A stretch of 32,000 nt of DNA from Sedimentisphaera cyanobacteriorum (lineage in GTDB: Bacteria > Planctomycetota > Phycisphaerae > Sedimentisphaerales > Sedimentisphaeraceae). Every line of letters starts with the position of its first letter. Position 1 is the stretch's first letter. Made by a program: the position numbers and the translations under genes. Shown here piece by piece: positions 24,037 to 31,823 of this stretch. The notes beneath the pieces are model-generated. The model made no database searches, had not been told where the DNA came from, and saw only the letters and a list, made by a program, of their open reading frames with translations. The stretch spans positions 900,001 through 932,000 of the forward strand of contig NZ_CP019633.1 in assembly GCF_001997385.1 (NCBI RefSeq), in the 5' to 3' direction.

Positions 24037-24924
24037 ATGTCCAGAAAGAAAATCAGTGAAATCGCAAAGACCAGAACCTTAGTTTCAGACGGTGCGTGGG
24101 GAACATACCTACAAAGAAAGGGCTTAGAGCCGGGTGAATGTCCTGAAAAATGGAACCTCGATAAGCCGGATGAAGTTTTGGATATTGCTCAGAGCTACGC
24201 CAATGCAGGTGCAGATATGATCGGTGCAAACAGCTTCGGCGGCAGCAAACTGAAACTGGAGCATTACGGCCTTAGCGATAAATGCTTTGAAATAAACAAA
24301 GCAGCCGCTGAGATATCACGCAAAGCTGCTGGCGAGGACAAATGGGTATTAGGCTCGCTCGGGCCATGCGGAAAGATGCTATTGATGGGAGATGTAACAG
24401 AAGAGCAGATGTATGAGAGCTTTGCTGAGCAGGTTAAAGGGCTTGAAGCAGGCGGAGCTGATGCTATCTGCGTTGAAACTATGAGCGATGTTCAGGAAGC
24501 ATCCCTTGCAGTAAAAGCCGCAAAAGACCATACAGAGTGCGAAGTAATTTGCACCCTTACCTACGAGCAAACTACCGGCGGAGAATACAGAACTATGATG
24601 GGTATAGACCCCCAGGCCGGCACAAAGGCGGCTATTGAAGCAGACGCGGATATCGTAGGAACAAACTGCGGAAACGGCTTTGAGAGGATGATTGACATCG
24701 TAAAGCAGATTAAAACTGTGTGCGGGGATATGCCGATCCTTATCCACGCAAACGCAGGGCTGCCGGAAAATGTTGACGGTGTGGATGTGTTCCCGGATAC
24801 GCCCGAATTTATGGCCTCGCTTGTGAAAGATATTACCAAAGCGGGCGCTAATGTAGTAGGCGGATGCTGCGGGACAACACCAGAACATATAAGCGCGATA
24901 GCTCAGGCAGCCAGAGAGAGCTAA
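24037..24924 (+). CDS. Homocysteine S-methyltransferase-family (Zn-dependent thiol methyltransferase) protein
   Basis: The TIM-barrel S-methyl_trans pattern runs throughout: LVSDGAWGTYL, GADMIGANSF, ICVETMSD, GTNCGNG (Zn Cys) and VGGCCGTTPEHI (Zn Cys-Cys). It is stand-alone at 295 aa with no pterin- or B12-binding domains. Confidence 0.8.
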   Translation: MSRKKISEIAKTRTLVSDGAWGTYLQRKGLEPGECPEKWNLDKPDEVLDIAQSYANAGADMIGANSFGGSKLKLEHYGLSDKCFEINKAAAEISRKAAGEDKWVLGSLGPCGKMLLMGDVTEEQMYESFAEQVKGLEAGGADAICVETMSDVQEASLAVKAAKDHTECEVICTLTYEQTTGGEYRTMMGIDPQAGTKAAIEADADIVGTNCGNGFERMIDIVKQIKTVCGDMPILIHANAGLPENVDGVDVFPDTPEFMASLVKDITKAGANVVGGCCGTTPEHISAIAQAARES

Positions 24925-24962
24925 TGTAAAAATCAACCGAATTCAGCAGCAGAAATACAAAA

Positions 24963-26627
24963 ATGGAAAAAGACATTGCACTACCGGCTTTCGGAAGCTC
25001 TATGAAGGAAGGGCTGATTGTTACAGTCCTCGTGGAAAAAGGGCAGAAAGTATCCAAAGGGGACAAACTCTTTGAGCTTGAGACAGACAAGGCCTCCTAC
25101 GATATGGAGTGCCCCGAAGATGGAACTGTAAGCGAGATATTCGTTCAGCAGGACCAGACTGTGCCGGTAGGTGAGCCTGTAATTCGGCTTGAAATACCAG
25201 ACTCAAAAGAAAGCGGTAATTTCCACATAGTACGGCTTTCGGGGCTGGGAGATAATACAGATGAAGCGGTGGTCGCTGAGATATCTTACAAACTCGGCGA
25301 CCACATTAAAAGCGGAAGCATAATCGCAGAAGTTGAAACGGATAAAGCCGCCTTTGATATTGTAAGCGAGAAAGAAGGATATCTCAGAGAGCTTCTCACA
25401 AATGAGGGAGATTTAATAAAGAACAACTGCCCTGCTGCCGTTATTGGCCCAAAGACAGGAGAGCTCCCGGAAGATATAAAAAAAGAGATCGAAGGCTTTT
25501 CTGATAATACAGAGCTGCCTGAAGGATTTGAAGCTGTAAAGCTGCCGCGTTTAGGAGAAGAAACCAAAACTGCTGTTATTTCGGCTCTGCTCTGCGAAGA
25601 AGGTGAAAAGGTGCAAAAATCCGATCCTCTTATAGAGATAGAAACTGATAAGGCAGCAATGGAAGTGGAGAGCCACCTAAACGGAACAGTAGAGTTTATT
25701 CTTGCTGAAGAGGGCGAAGAGCAGGCAGTTGATGCTGTTTTGGTGATTGTAAAAACTAAGCAGACAGAAAGCTCCATTTCCCAAGATCAGATTGAATCAA
25801 TCAAACAACATAATCAAAACCTTCTGAACGAAGCAAAAAAGAATGAGCCTGACACCTTCAGCTTTGAAGAATTCGAAGATATGCAGGAAGGTCAGATAAG
25901 CGATTCGGATGTAAATCAAAGCCTTAATATAAGTCCTGAAACGCCCCGAAAAGGGGAAACTTTGCCTCTCTCGAGGGTGCAGAAGATAATTGGCGAGAGG
26001 ATGGTATTCTCGAAACAGAATATACCGTGCTTTTATCTAAACAGCGTTGCAGATTTAACTGAGCTGATTGAATTCCGCAAACAACTCAATTCTTCCGGTG
26101 ATGTTAAGGTTTCGTTCAACGATTTGATTATGAAAGCAGCAGCGGATGCAATGAAGGATTTTCCGCTGATGACAGGTCAGGCCGCCGGCGATCATATAAA
26201 GCTCGCCGAGGAGATCTCTGTGGGTATTGCCGTTGATACAGGCGAGGCGCTCCTTGTGCCTGTGTGCAAAAACGCTGCAGGAAAAACGCTGCGCGAAACC
26301 GCCCTTGCAAACCAGAAGCTGATAGAAAAGGCTCAAAAGGGAAGCCTAACTGCCGGCGAGCTCGAAGGCGCATCTACTGCGATAACGAATCTGGGCAATT
26401 TCGAAATAGACTGGTTCATTCCAATTGTACCCCCCGGGCAGACAAGCATCATAGGCGTTGGGAGAATAAAAGAAACGCTCACAAAACGAGGCAGCGAAAT
26501 TCAGCCCAAGCAGGTCTGCACGCTGACGATCAGCGTAGATCACAAGGTTGTAAACGGCGCGTACGCAGCTCAGTATATGGACAAGGTGCGTCAGATTCTC
26601 GAAAGCCCGAATGAACACTTCAGCTGA
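24963..26627 (+). CDS. 2-oxoacid dehydrogenase E2-type acyltransferase with three lipoyl domains
   Basis: Three lipoyl-attachment motifs: LETDKAS (K43, nt 25089-25091), VETDKAA (K128, 25344-25346) and IETDKAA (K230, 25650-25652). The C-terminal catalytic domain has LSRVQKIIGERM, TAITNLGNF and SVDHKVVNGAYAAQYM. Confidence 0.85.
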   Translation: MEKDIALPAFGSSMKEGLIVTVLVEKGQKVSKGDKLFELETDKASYDMECPEDGTVSEIFVQQDQTVPVGEPVIRLEIPDSKESGNFHIVRLSGLGDNTDEAVVAEISYKLGDHIKSGSIIAEVETDKAAFDIVSEKEGYLRELLTNEGDLIKNNCPAAVIGPKTGELPEDIKKEIEGFSDNTELPEGFEAVKLPRLGEETKTAVISALLCEEGEKVQKSDPLIEIETDKAAMEVESHLNGTVEFILAEEGEEQAVDAVLVIVKTKQTESSISQDQIESIKQHNQNLLNEAKKNEPDTFSFEEFEDMQEGQISDSDVNQSLNISPETPRKGETLPLSRVQKIIGERMVFSKQNIPCFYLNSVADLTELIEFRKQLNSSGDVKVSFNDLIMKAAADAMKDFPLMTGQAAGDHIKLAEEISVGIAVDTGEALLVPVCKNAAGKTLRETALANQKLIEKAQKGSLTAGELEGASTAITNLGNFEIDWFIPIVPPGQTSIIGVGRIKETLTKRGSEIQPKQVCTLTISVDHKVVNGAYAAQYMDKVRQILESPNEHFS

Positions 26628-26640
26628 ATAGAAACCGCCT

Positions 26641-26892
26641 TCACTGCTTAGAGCCTTTCCTCGTGAACGGGTAAGCCGCGAGCCTGAAAATCAGCCTCAA
26701 AAGATACAGCAGAGCAAAGAATACAAAGCTGAGGATAACTACGATATGAAGCTGAGTGATAAGCTCAATGAAGCTTGTATTATCAAATTTTATAATGCTG
26801 TAAACATTCATCCCGAAGGCAGCTAAGAAGCAAAGCAGCCAAATCAGCAGCTCTTTTTTTATGGTCTTGGCGCTGATAACTAAATCTTTCAT
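26641..26892 (-). CDS. Small two-TM membrane protein
   Basis: 83-aa ORF with two hydrophobic helices (LLIWLLCFLAAFGMNVYSII and LHIVVILSFVFFALLYLLRLIF). Its ATG (26890-26892) overlaps the upstream TAA (26892-26894) as TAATG, which suggests coupling. Confidence 0.45.
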   Translation of the reverse strand: MKDLVISAKTIKKELLIWLLCFLAAFGMNVYSIIKFDNTSFIELITQLHIVVILSFVFFALLYLLRLIFRLAAYPFTRKGSKQ

Positions 26893-28166
26893 TACGCAAG
26901 CTCCTCTGAGAAATTAACTATCTTATTCTCTACCATAGCCTTATCGCCCAGTATCACAGCAACAGCAGCATCAATGCCGTGTTCGAGCATACCGGGAACG
27001 GGCTTGCCTTTCTTTACAGTTTCGGCAAATGCCTCCAATGAGAGAAGTGTATTATTTGGAATCCTGCTTTTATGCATATCAACGATATACTCGCCCTTGT
27101 ATTTCGAGGCGTTTTCCGGGACCCAGCTGGCTCCGGCAATCGGAACGGGATCAAAAATTGAATGTTCGATATCATTAATCAGCCTTAGGATGCCGGCAGG
27201 GGCAGGCGGATTCTCCGAATAAAACTTCCCGAGTTCGAGCTCATAAAGCCCTTTATCTCCCATCATCTGCAGTTCGCAGCCGTAATGCTTATTACTGATC
27301 AGAGAATCATAGACTACGTGTATCCCGCCCGGGTATCTGTAAACCACGTTTACGTTGTCATACACTTCGCGTCCGTCTTTCCAGTAGTTTATGCTGCCTG
27401 ATCCCATAACCTTCTCAGGAGTTGAACCAAGGAACCAGTTGGCCACCTGAAGATGATGCGAGGCGAGTTCTGTCATAAGGCCGAGTGAATACTCACGGTA
27501 CATGCGCCAGTTGATTTTTCTCTCCAGAGAGGGTTTTGGGACATGCCTTCGCCAGTCTCCGTTTCTGTGCCAGTATGCCCTGATCTGAGTTACTTTCCCG
27601 AGCTTTCCCGCTTTCATATCCTCAAAGGCCTTCAGATAGCGAATATCAAAGATTCGCTGATGACCTGTTTGGAGTATTAGGCCAGTTTTCTTCTGGGCTC
27701 TGCTAACCTGCTTTGCTTCTTCAATCGTTTTTGTGAGCGCCTTTTCGCAGAATACATGCTTTCCTGCATCAAAGGCATCAAGCACCATCTGGGCATGAAG
27801 ATGAAGAGGGGTGGCAATAATAACGCAGTCTATACTTTTATCCTCAAGGAGCTTGCGATAGTCTTTGTAGCCCTTTGGGCTGCCCTTGGCTATTTGCAGC
27901 CCTCTTTTGAAATTGGGCTCATAGTTATCGCAAGTAGCAGCGATATTAATAGCCGGCACATTGTTGGCATATCTTATCAAGGCTTTCCCGCGGGAGCCCG
28001 TGCCGATAAATCCCACATTCACTTTATCCGAAGCAGGAACTGCCGCCGGGACATTCTCGCTCAAAAGTGATATCCAAGGGACAGTCCCTGCAAGAGCCCC
28101 GCCTGCGGCAATCGTTTTCATATTTTCTATTAGCTCTCGGCGAGTAATTTTTTTATCATTCGACAT
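26892..28166 (-). CDS. TAT-exported Gfo/Idh/MocA-family oxidoreductase
   Basis: Twin-arginine leader MSNDKKITRRELIENMKTIAAGGALAG. Rossmann motif VGFIGTGSRGK. EKALTKT and GHQRIF segments are typical of the family. Confidence 0.85.
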   Translation of the reverse strand: MSNDKKITRRELIENMKTIAAGGALAGTVPWISLLSENVPAAVPASDKVNVGFIGTGSRGKALIRYANNVPAINIAATCDNYEPNFKRGLQIAKGSPKGYKDYRKLLEDKSIDCVIIATPLHLHAQMVLDAFDAGKHVFCEKALTKTIEEAKQVSRAQKKTGLILQTGHQRIFDIRYLKAFEDMKAGKLGKVTQIRAYWHRNGDWRRHVPKPSLERKINWRMYREYSLGLMTELASHHLQVANWFLGSTPEKVMGSGSINYWKDGREVYDNVNVVYRYPGGIHVVYDSLISNKHYGCELQMMGDKGLYELELGKFYSENPPAPAGILRLINDIEHSIFDPVPIAGASWVPENASKYKGEYIVDMHKSRIPNNTLLSLEAFAETVKKGKPVPGMLEHGIDAAVAVILGDKAMVENKIVNFSEELA

Positions 28167-28926
28167 AATGTTTCCTGATTATTTCACCATTACCATTCAA
28201 TTCTATTACTGCTGTTTCAGCAGAAGGAAAAACTCTCTTCTCCGGCAGCCACTCAGCGGAGCTGGCGTAAACTGCGGTTGAAAGAACTTCCGATTCTATG
28301 CAGCTCTCCGATAATACGCATACAAGCATATTGTTTTTTGCGAGCCGTCCGGTGTTCGGATCAACAAGATGATAACTGCAGCCGGCATTTTTTGAAAAAG
28401 AAAAACCCGATACGGACAAAGAGCTGTTAAGCAGTTTGAAACTGCCCAGGCTCTCGTTTTCTCTGAACGGATTGCAAACAGCAATCTCCCAGCAGTCTCC
28501 GTGGGGATGAGTTCCAAGGGCGTATATGGAGCTCTCTCCAAAACTAATGAAAGCTCTGGAGAGAGAATAGTCCAGTAATATTTTTTTCACCTCTTCAAGA
28601 GCAAAGCCCTTGCCCAATCCTCCAAGATCTGTTTCACTTGAATACGAGGGATTAAAATAGCCTTCAGTTAATTCAGAATATTCCGCTGAGATTTTCAAAG
28701 CCTTCGACAAATCCCCTGATACAGAACTCAAATCTTTTTCCCTGCTCTTGTTAAATTTATAGAGCTCTGCCTGAGAGTCAAATCTGCTGAAAACTTTCTC
28801 GAGCCTCAAAACTTCGTTTTTAACTTCTTCTGCTATTTCTTCGGAATCTTCGAAATCAGCACTCGGAAGGACGAGGTTGAACCTTGTGTTCATAGCCCAA
28901 AAACTGCTGTGAAAACAATCCTTCAT
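28156..28926 (-). CDS. apbE: ApbE-family FAD:protein FMN transferase-like protein (no signal peptide seen)
   Basis: Motifs occur in the order expected for ApbE: MNTRFNLVL, FSRFDSQAELYKFN, GYFNPS, DLGGLGKGFALEEV, SLSVSGFS, YHLVDPNTG, ESEVLSTAV. It is only 256 aa and its N-terminus MKDCFHSSFWAMNT is not hydrophobic. Confidence 0.75.
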   Translation of the reverse strand: MKDCFHSSFWAMNTRFNLVLPSADFEDSEEIAEEVKNEVLRLEKVFSRFDSQAELYKFNKSREKDLSSVSGDLSKALKISAEYSELTEGYFNPSYSSETDLGGLGKGFALEEVKKILLDYSLSRAFISFGESSIYALGTHPHGDCWEIAVCNPFRENESLGSFKLLNSSLSVSGFSFSKNAGCSYHLVDPNTGRLAKNNMLVCVLSESCIESEVLSTAVYASSAEWLPEKRVFPSAETAVIELNGNGEIIRKHYVE

Positions 28927-28934
28927 TCAGACAC

Positions 28935-30260
28935 TTAAACCTTCGGCTCCCAGCCGGGCTCATAAACCCTTCTCCAATACCTCTGCGCGTCGGGATTATT
29001 GAGGATATGGCCGTTTTTCGGATCGCAATGGAGCATCGTTGAAGTTTTTGCGGCAATATTCCCGAGCAGTCCGAGAAGGATGCTCTTATACCCTTCATCA
29101 ACAGGGGAATTTATGCTGTCTTTTCCGAGAATCGAATAAACAAAGTTCTCCGCATGATAATCATTGAGGCCAGGGTCTATAACGTTCGTGCTGTCTTTGC
29201 TCTTGGCGGCCTGATCTTCGTGCCTTAGAAGCTTGCCGTTGAGGTCGAACACCTTATAAGAGCTTGATCCATATTCGATGTAGCCCTTTGTGCCCTGTAT
29301 TAAAGCGCCCCTGCTGTGGCCGCAGATTTTCATTGAAGCGCTGCTGATACCTTCCCAATTAATGAGTTTATCGCCTTCGAATTCTACGCTTATATTCTGC
29401 GTATCGAAAAACTGCCAGTCATCTTCGGGGTAATGATATCTGCCTCCGAGACTCGTTACCTTTGTGGGAAAATCAACCCCCAGAGCCCATCTGGCAACAT
29501 CGAGTTCGTGCGTACCGTTATTAAGGGCCTCTCCTGTGCCCCAGTTCCAGAACCAGTGCCAGTTGTATGGGTGCACATTGTCGCGGTATTTCTCTCTTGG
29601 AGCGGGGCCCTGCCAGAGCTCCCAGTCCAGATATGAAGGCACATCAATCACCTTGCCCTTGCCTATAGGGCCGCGTTTTCTCGAATACCATGTGCGGGCA
29701 AAATACGGCCTTCCAATCTCACCGCTTCTGATTTCATCAATCATCTGCTCAACGATACGGAACGAGCGGCGCTGATTGCCCATCTGGATGAGTCTGTCGT
29801 ATTTATTCATAGCCTCAACAAGCATCTCCCCCTCAGCGGGGTTATGACAGCATGGCTTTTCAACATAGACGTGCTTGCCGGCCTTAACAGCATCAATGCT
29901 CATAGGGGCGTGCCAGTGTTCAGGCGTGGCAACGACCAGGCCGTGAACGTCTTTGTCATCCAGAGCCGTGCGGTAATCTTTTATGGTTTGCGGAGCCTTG
30001 CCCTGCTTCCGCTCCACTCTCTTTGCGGCCTCACCGAGGTATCTTGAATCAACGTCTATAACGTATTTTACTTCGCAGTTTTTTATGCCTGCAAATTTCT
30101 CCGCCAAAGCTCGTCCTCTGCTTCTAATACCCGCAACAGCCAAAACTACCTTTGAGTTTGCCGAAGCTGCTGCTGAGATCTGCGATAATCCGCCAAAGCT
30201 GATCGCTCCTGCTGCAGAAAGCGAGAGTTTGACGAAATTTCTTCTTGTAATATTGTCCAT
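28935..30260 (-). CDS. TAT-exported Gfo/Idh/MocA-family oxidoreductase (GH109-like architecture)
   Basis: Strong twin-arginine leader MDNITRRNFVKLSLSAAGAISFG. Rossmann motif LAVAGIRSRGR. VYVEKPCCHN and GNQRRS segments are present. Confidence 0.88.
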   Translation of the reverse strand: MDNITRRNFVKLSLSAAGAISFGGLSQISAAASANSKVVLAVAGIRSRGRALAEKFAGIKNCEVKYVIDVDSRYLGEAAKRVERKQGKAPQTIKDYRTALDDKDVHGLVVATPEHWHAPMSIDAVKAGKHVYVEKPCCHNPAEGEMLVEAMNKYDRLIQMGNQRRSFRIVEQMIDEIRSGEIGRPYFARTWYSRKRGPIGKGKVIDVPSYLDWELWQGPAPREKYRDNVHPYNWHWFWNWGTGEALNNGTHELDVARWALGVDFPTKVTSLGGRYHYPEDDWQFFDTQNISVEFEGDKLINWEGISSASMKICGHSRGALIQGTKGYIEYGSSSYKVFDLNGKLLRHEDQAAKSKDSTNVIDPGLNDYHAENFVYSILGKDSINSPVDEGYKSILLGLLGNIAAKTSTMLHCDPKNGHILNNPDAQRYWRRVYEPGWEPKV

Positions 30261-30270
30261 ATACAGCCCC

Positions 30271-31626
30271 TTATTTCAGTTCTCTAATTTTAATATTTCT
30301 GAATGATACTCTGTTGCCGTGGTCCTGAAGGAGAATATTGCCTTTTGGCAGTTCTCCGAAATTGTCCCACTTAACATACTTGCTTTCCTTAACGAGCTTC
30401 CTGAATTTTGGCGTACGTCTTTCATACTCCAAAACCTTTCTGCCGTTGAGCCAATGCTGGATGTGGTTGTCTTTTGATACAATCCTTGCATGATTCCACT
30501 CACCCATAGGATTTGGGTGCTTATTAACCGCCATGATCAGGTCGTAAAGCGATGCTAGTGTGCGGCTTCCCTCGTGGTTGCCTTTTTTGGCGTCTGGATG
30601 CCTTTTGTCATCAAGGATCTGATATTCAAGACCTATTGATGATCCCGGGCCTTTGTTTATCTCTGTGTCAACGTAATACTTGATTCCTGAATTCGCCCCG
30701 GGAGTAATTTTGAAGTCCACCCGCAGCTCAAAATCCTTGAACTGCTTCTTTGTAACAATATCACCAGCGTTTGCTGCTTCTCCTCCGCCGGATTCCTTGA
30801 TCGTAAGAATACCGTCATGCACGTACCAGCCAAAGCTTGGGAAAGTTTCAAGCTTGGCCCCGCGCCATTTGTCTGTTGATTCTCCGTCAAATAGAAGCTC
30901 CCAGCCGCCGCGGCGTTCGTTTGAAGTAAGTTTGTTGTGGAGGTCTTTCTTGGGCAGAGAAATTGGCTTGGAGTATTTCTCGGGATTGTCCGTAATTATC
31001 TGGATATCTTTCCACATAACCTTGATTCCCTCTTTGCTCTTATCTCCGCCGATTGAATGCACTTGAAGCCCTATAAAGCCTTCTTTTGTCATATCATCTT
31101 CAAGATGAGAAGCTGGTTTACCGTTAAGCCATGTTTTGAAAGTATTGCCGATTGCCTCTATTCTAAATTCATTCCACTCGTTTTGCTTGAACGATTTCGA
31201 CGCTGGCTCGCCATTGGATAATGGATGAAGCCAGCCTCTTCTCGCCTCATCGTAAATACCGCCTGTCCAAGCTCGACTGGAAGGGTCTATTTCCACCTGA
31301 TACCCGTGAACTCTGTAGTTTCTGTAGTCTGCCAAGCTGCGGCTGCGTATTTGAACCCCGGAATTGAGCTTCGAATCCACCTTGAACTTCAGCTTTAAGA
31401 TAAAGTCTGAATAGGTATTGTTTGTGCAAAGAAAGCTGTTAGGCGTGTTACGTACGGTTTTTCCAACAATAGCCCCTTCGGAAACTTCGTAAACAGCATC
31501 ACCGTTCTTCTGGTGCCAGCCGGAAAGGTCGTTGCCGTTAAAAATATGCCTCCACGGAGCTGTTTCTGCCGAGCAGACCGCTATAAAACAGAACGACAAA
31601 ACACATAAAGCAATTTTTCTAAACAT
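30271..31626 (-). CDS. Secreted protein with two tandem DUF1080 (3-keto-disaccharide hydrolase-like, concanavalin-fold) domains
   Basis: Start at the ATG at 31626 (MFRKIALCVLSFCFIAVCSAETAPW, a signal peptide), with AAGGAG 8 nt upstream. Domain 1: WRHIFNGNDLSGWHQ...NSGVQIRS...GYQVEID...GFIGLQVH. Domain 2: WELLFDGESTDKWRG...NSGIKYY...GLEYQILDD...GNILLQDHGNRVSFRNIKI. Confidence 0.85.
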   Translation of the reverse strand: MFRKIALCVLSFCFIAVCSAETAPWRHIFNGNDLSGWHQKNGDAVYEVSEGAIVGKTVRNTPNSFLCTNNTYSDFILKLKFKVDSKLNSGVQIRSRSLADYRNYRVHGYQVEIDPSSRAWTGGIYDEARRGWLHPLSNGEPASKSFKQNEWNEFRIEAIGNTFKTWLNGKPASHLEDDMTKEGFIGLQVHSIGGDKSKEGIKVMWKDIQIITDNPEKYSKPISLPKKDLHNKLTSNERRGGWELLFDGESTDKWRGAKLETFPSFGWYVHDGILTIKESGGGEAANAGDIVTKKQFKDFELRVDFKITPGANSGIKYYVDTEINKGPGSSIGLEYQILDDKRHPDAKKGNHEGSRTLASLYDLIMAVNKHPNPMGEWNHARIVSKDNHIQHWLNGRKVLEYERRTPKFRKLVKESKYVKWDNFGELPKGNILLQDHGNRVSFRNIKIRELK

Positions 31627-31823
31627 AAAATTTCTCCTTGTAACGATTAAAATCATATATACTTAATTATCTTCAGACATAAATCTGCAACATAAAAAAC
31701 CCCCATAAAATATTTGACAAGCATATTAATTCACGTACTGTAAAATTAAACTCAAGCCTTGAGCTTAAAGATAGCATTAATATTACTTCTGTCAAGAAAA
31801 TTTACGGATATACAAAAATTAAA

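Noticed and set aside
24379-25777. Antisense ORFs of 185 aa, 92 aa, 80 aa, 61 aa and 163 aa opposite the methyltransferase and E2 genes
   Set aside because: The sense frames have strong family motifs (GGCCGTTPEHI and three ETDKA repeats). The antisense translations are Ser/Cys/Phe-rich and have no features.
31751-31763. Palindrome CTCAAG-C-CTTGAG downstream of the URO-D-like fragment, considered as a terminator
   Set aside because: As a hairpin it would give only a ~4-bp stem with a 5-nt loop, and the following T-tract is interrupted (TTTAATTTT). It is too weak to call, though it could be a protein-binding site.
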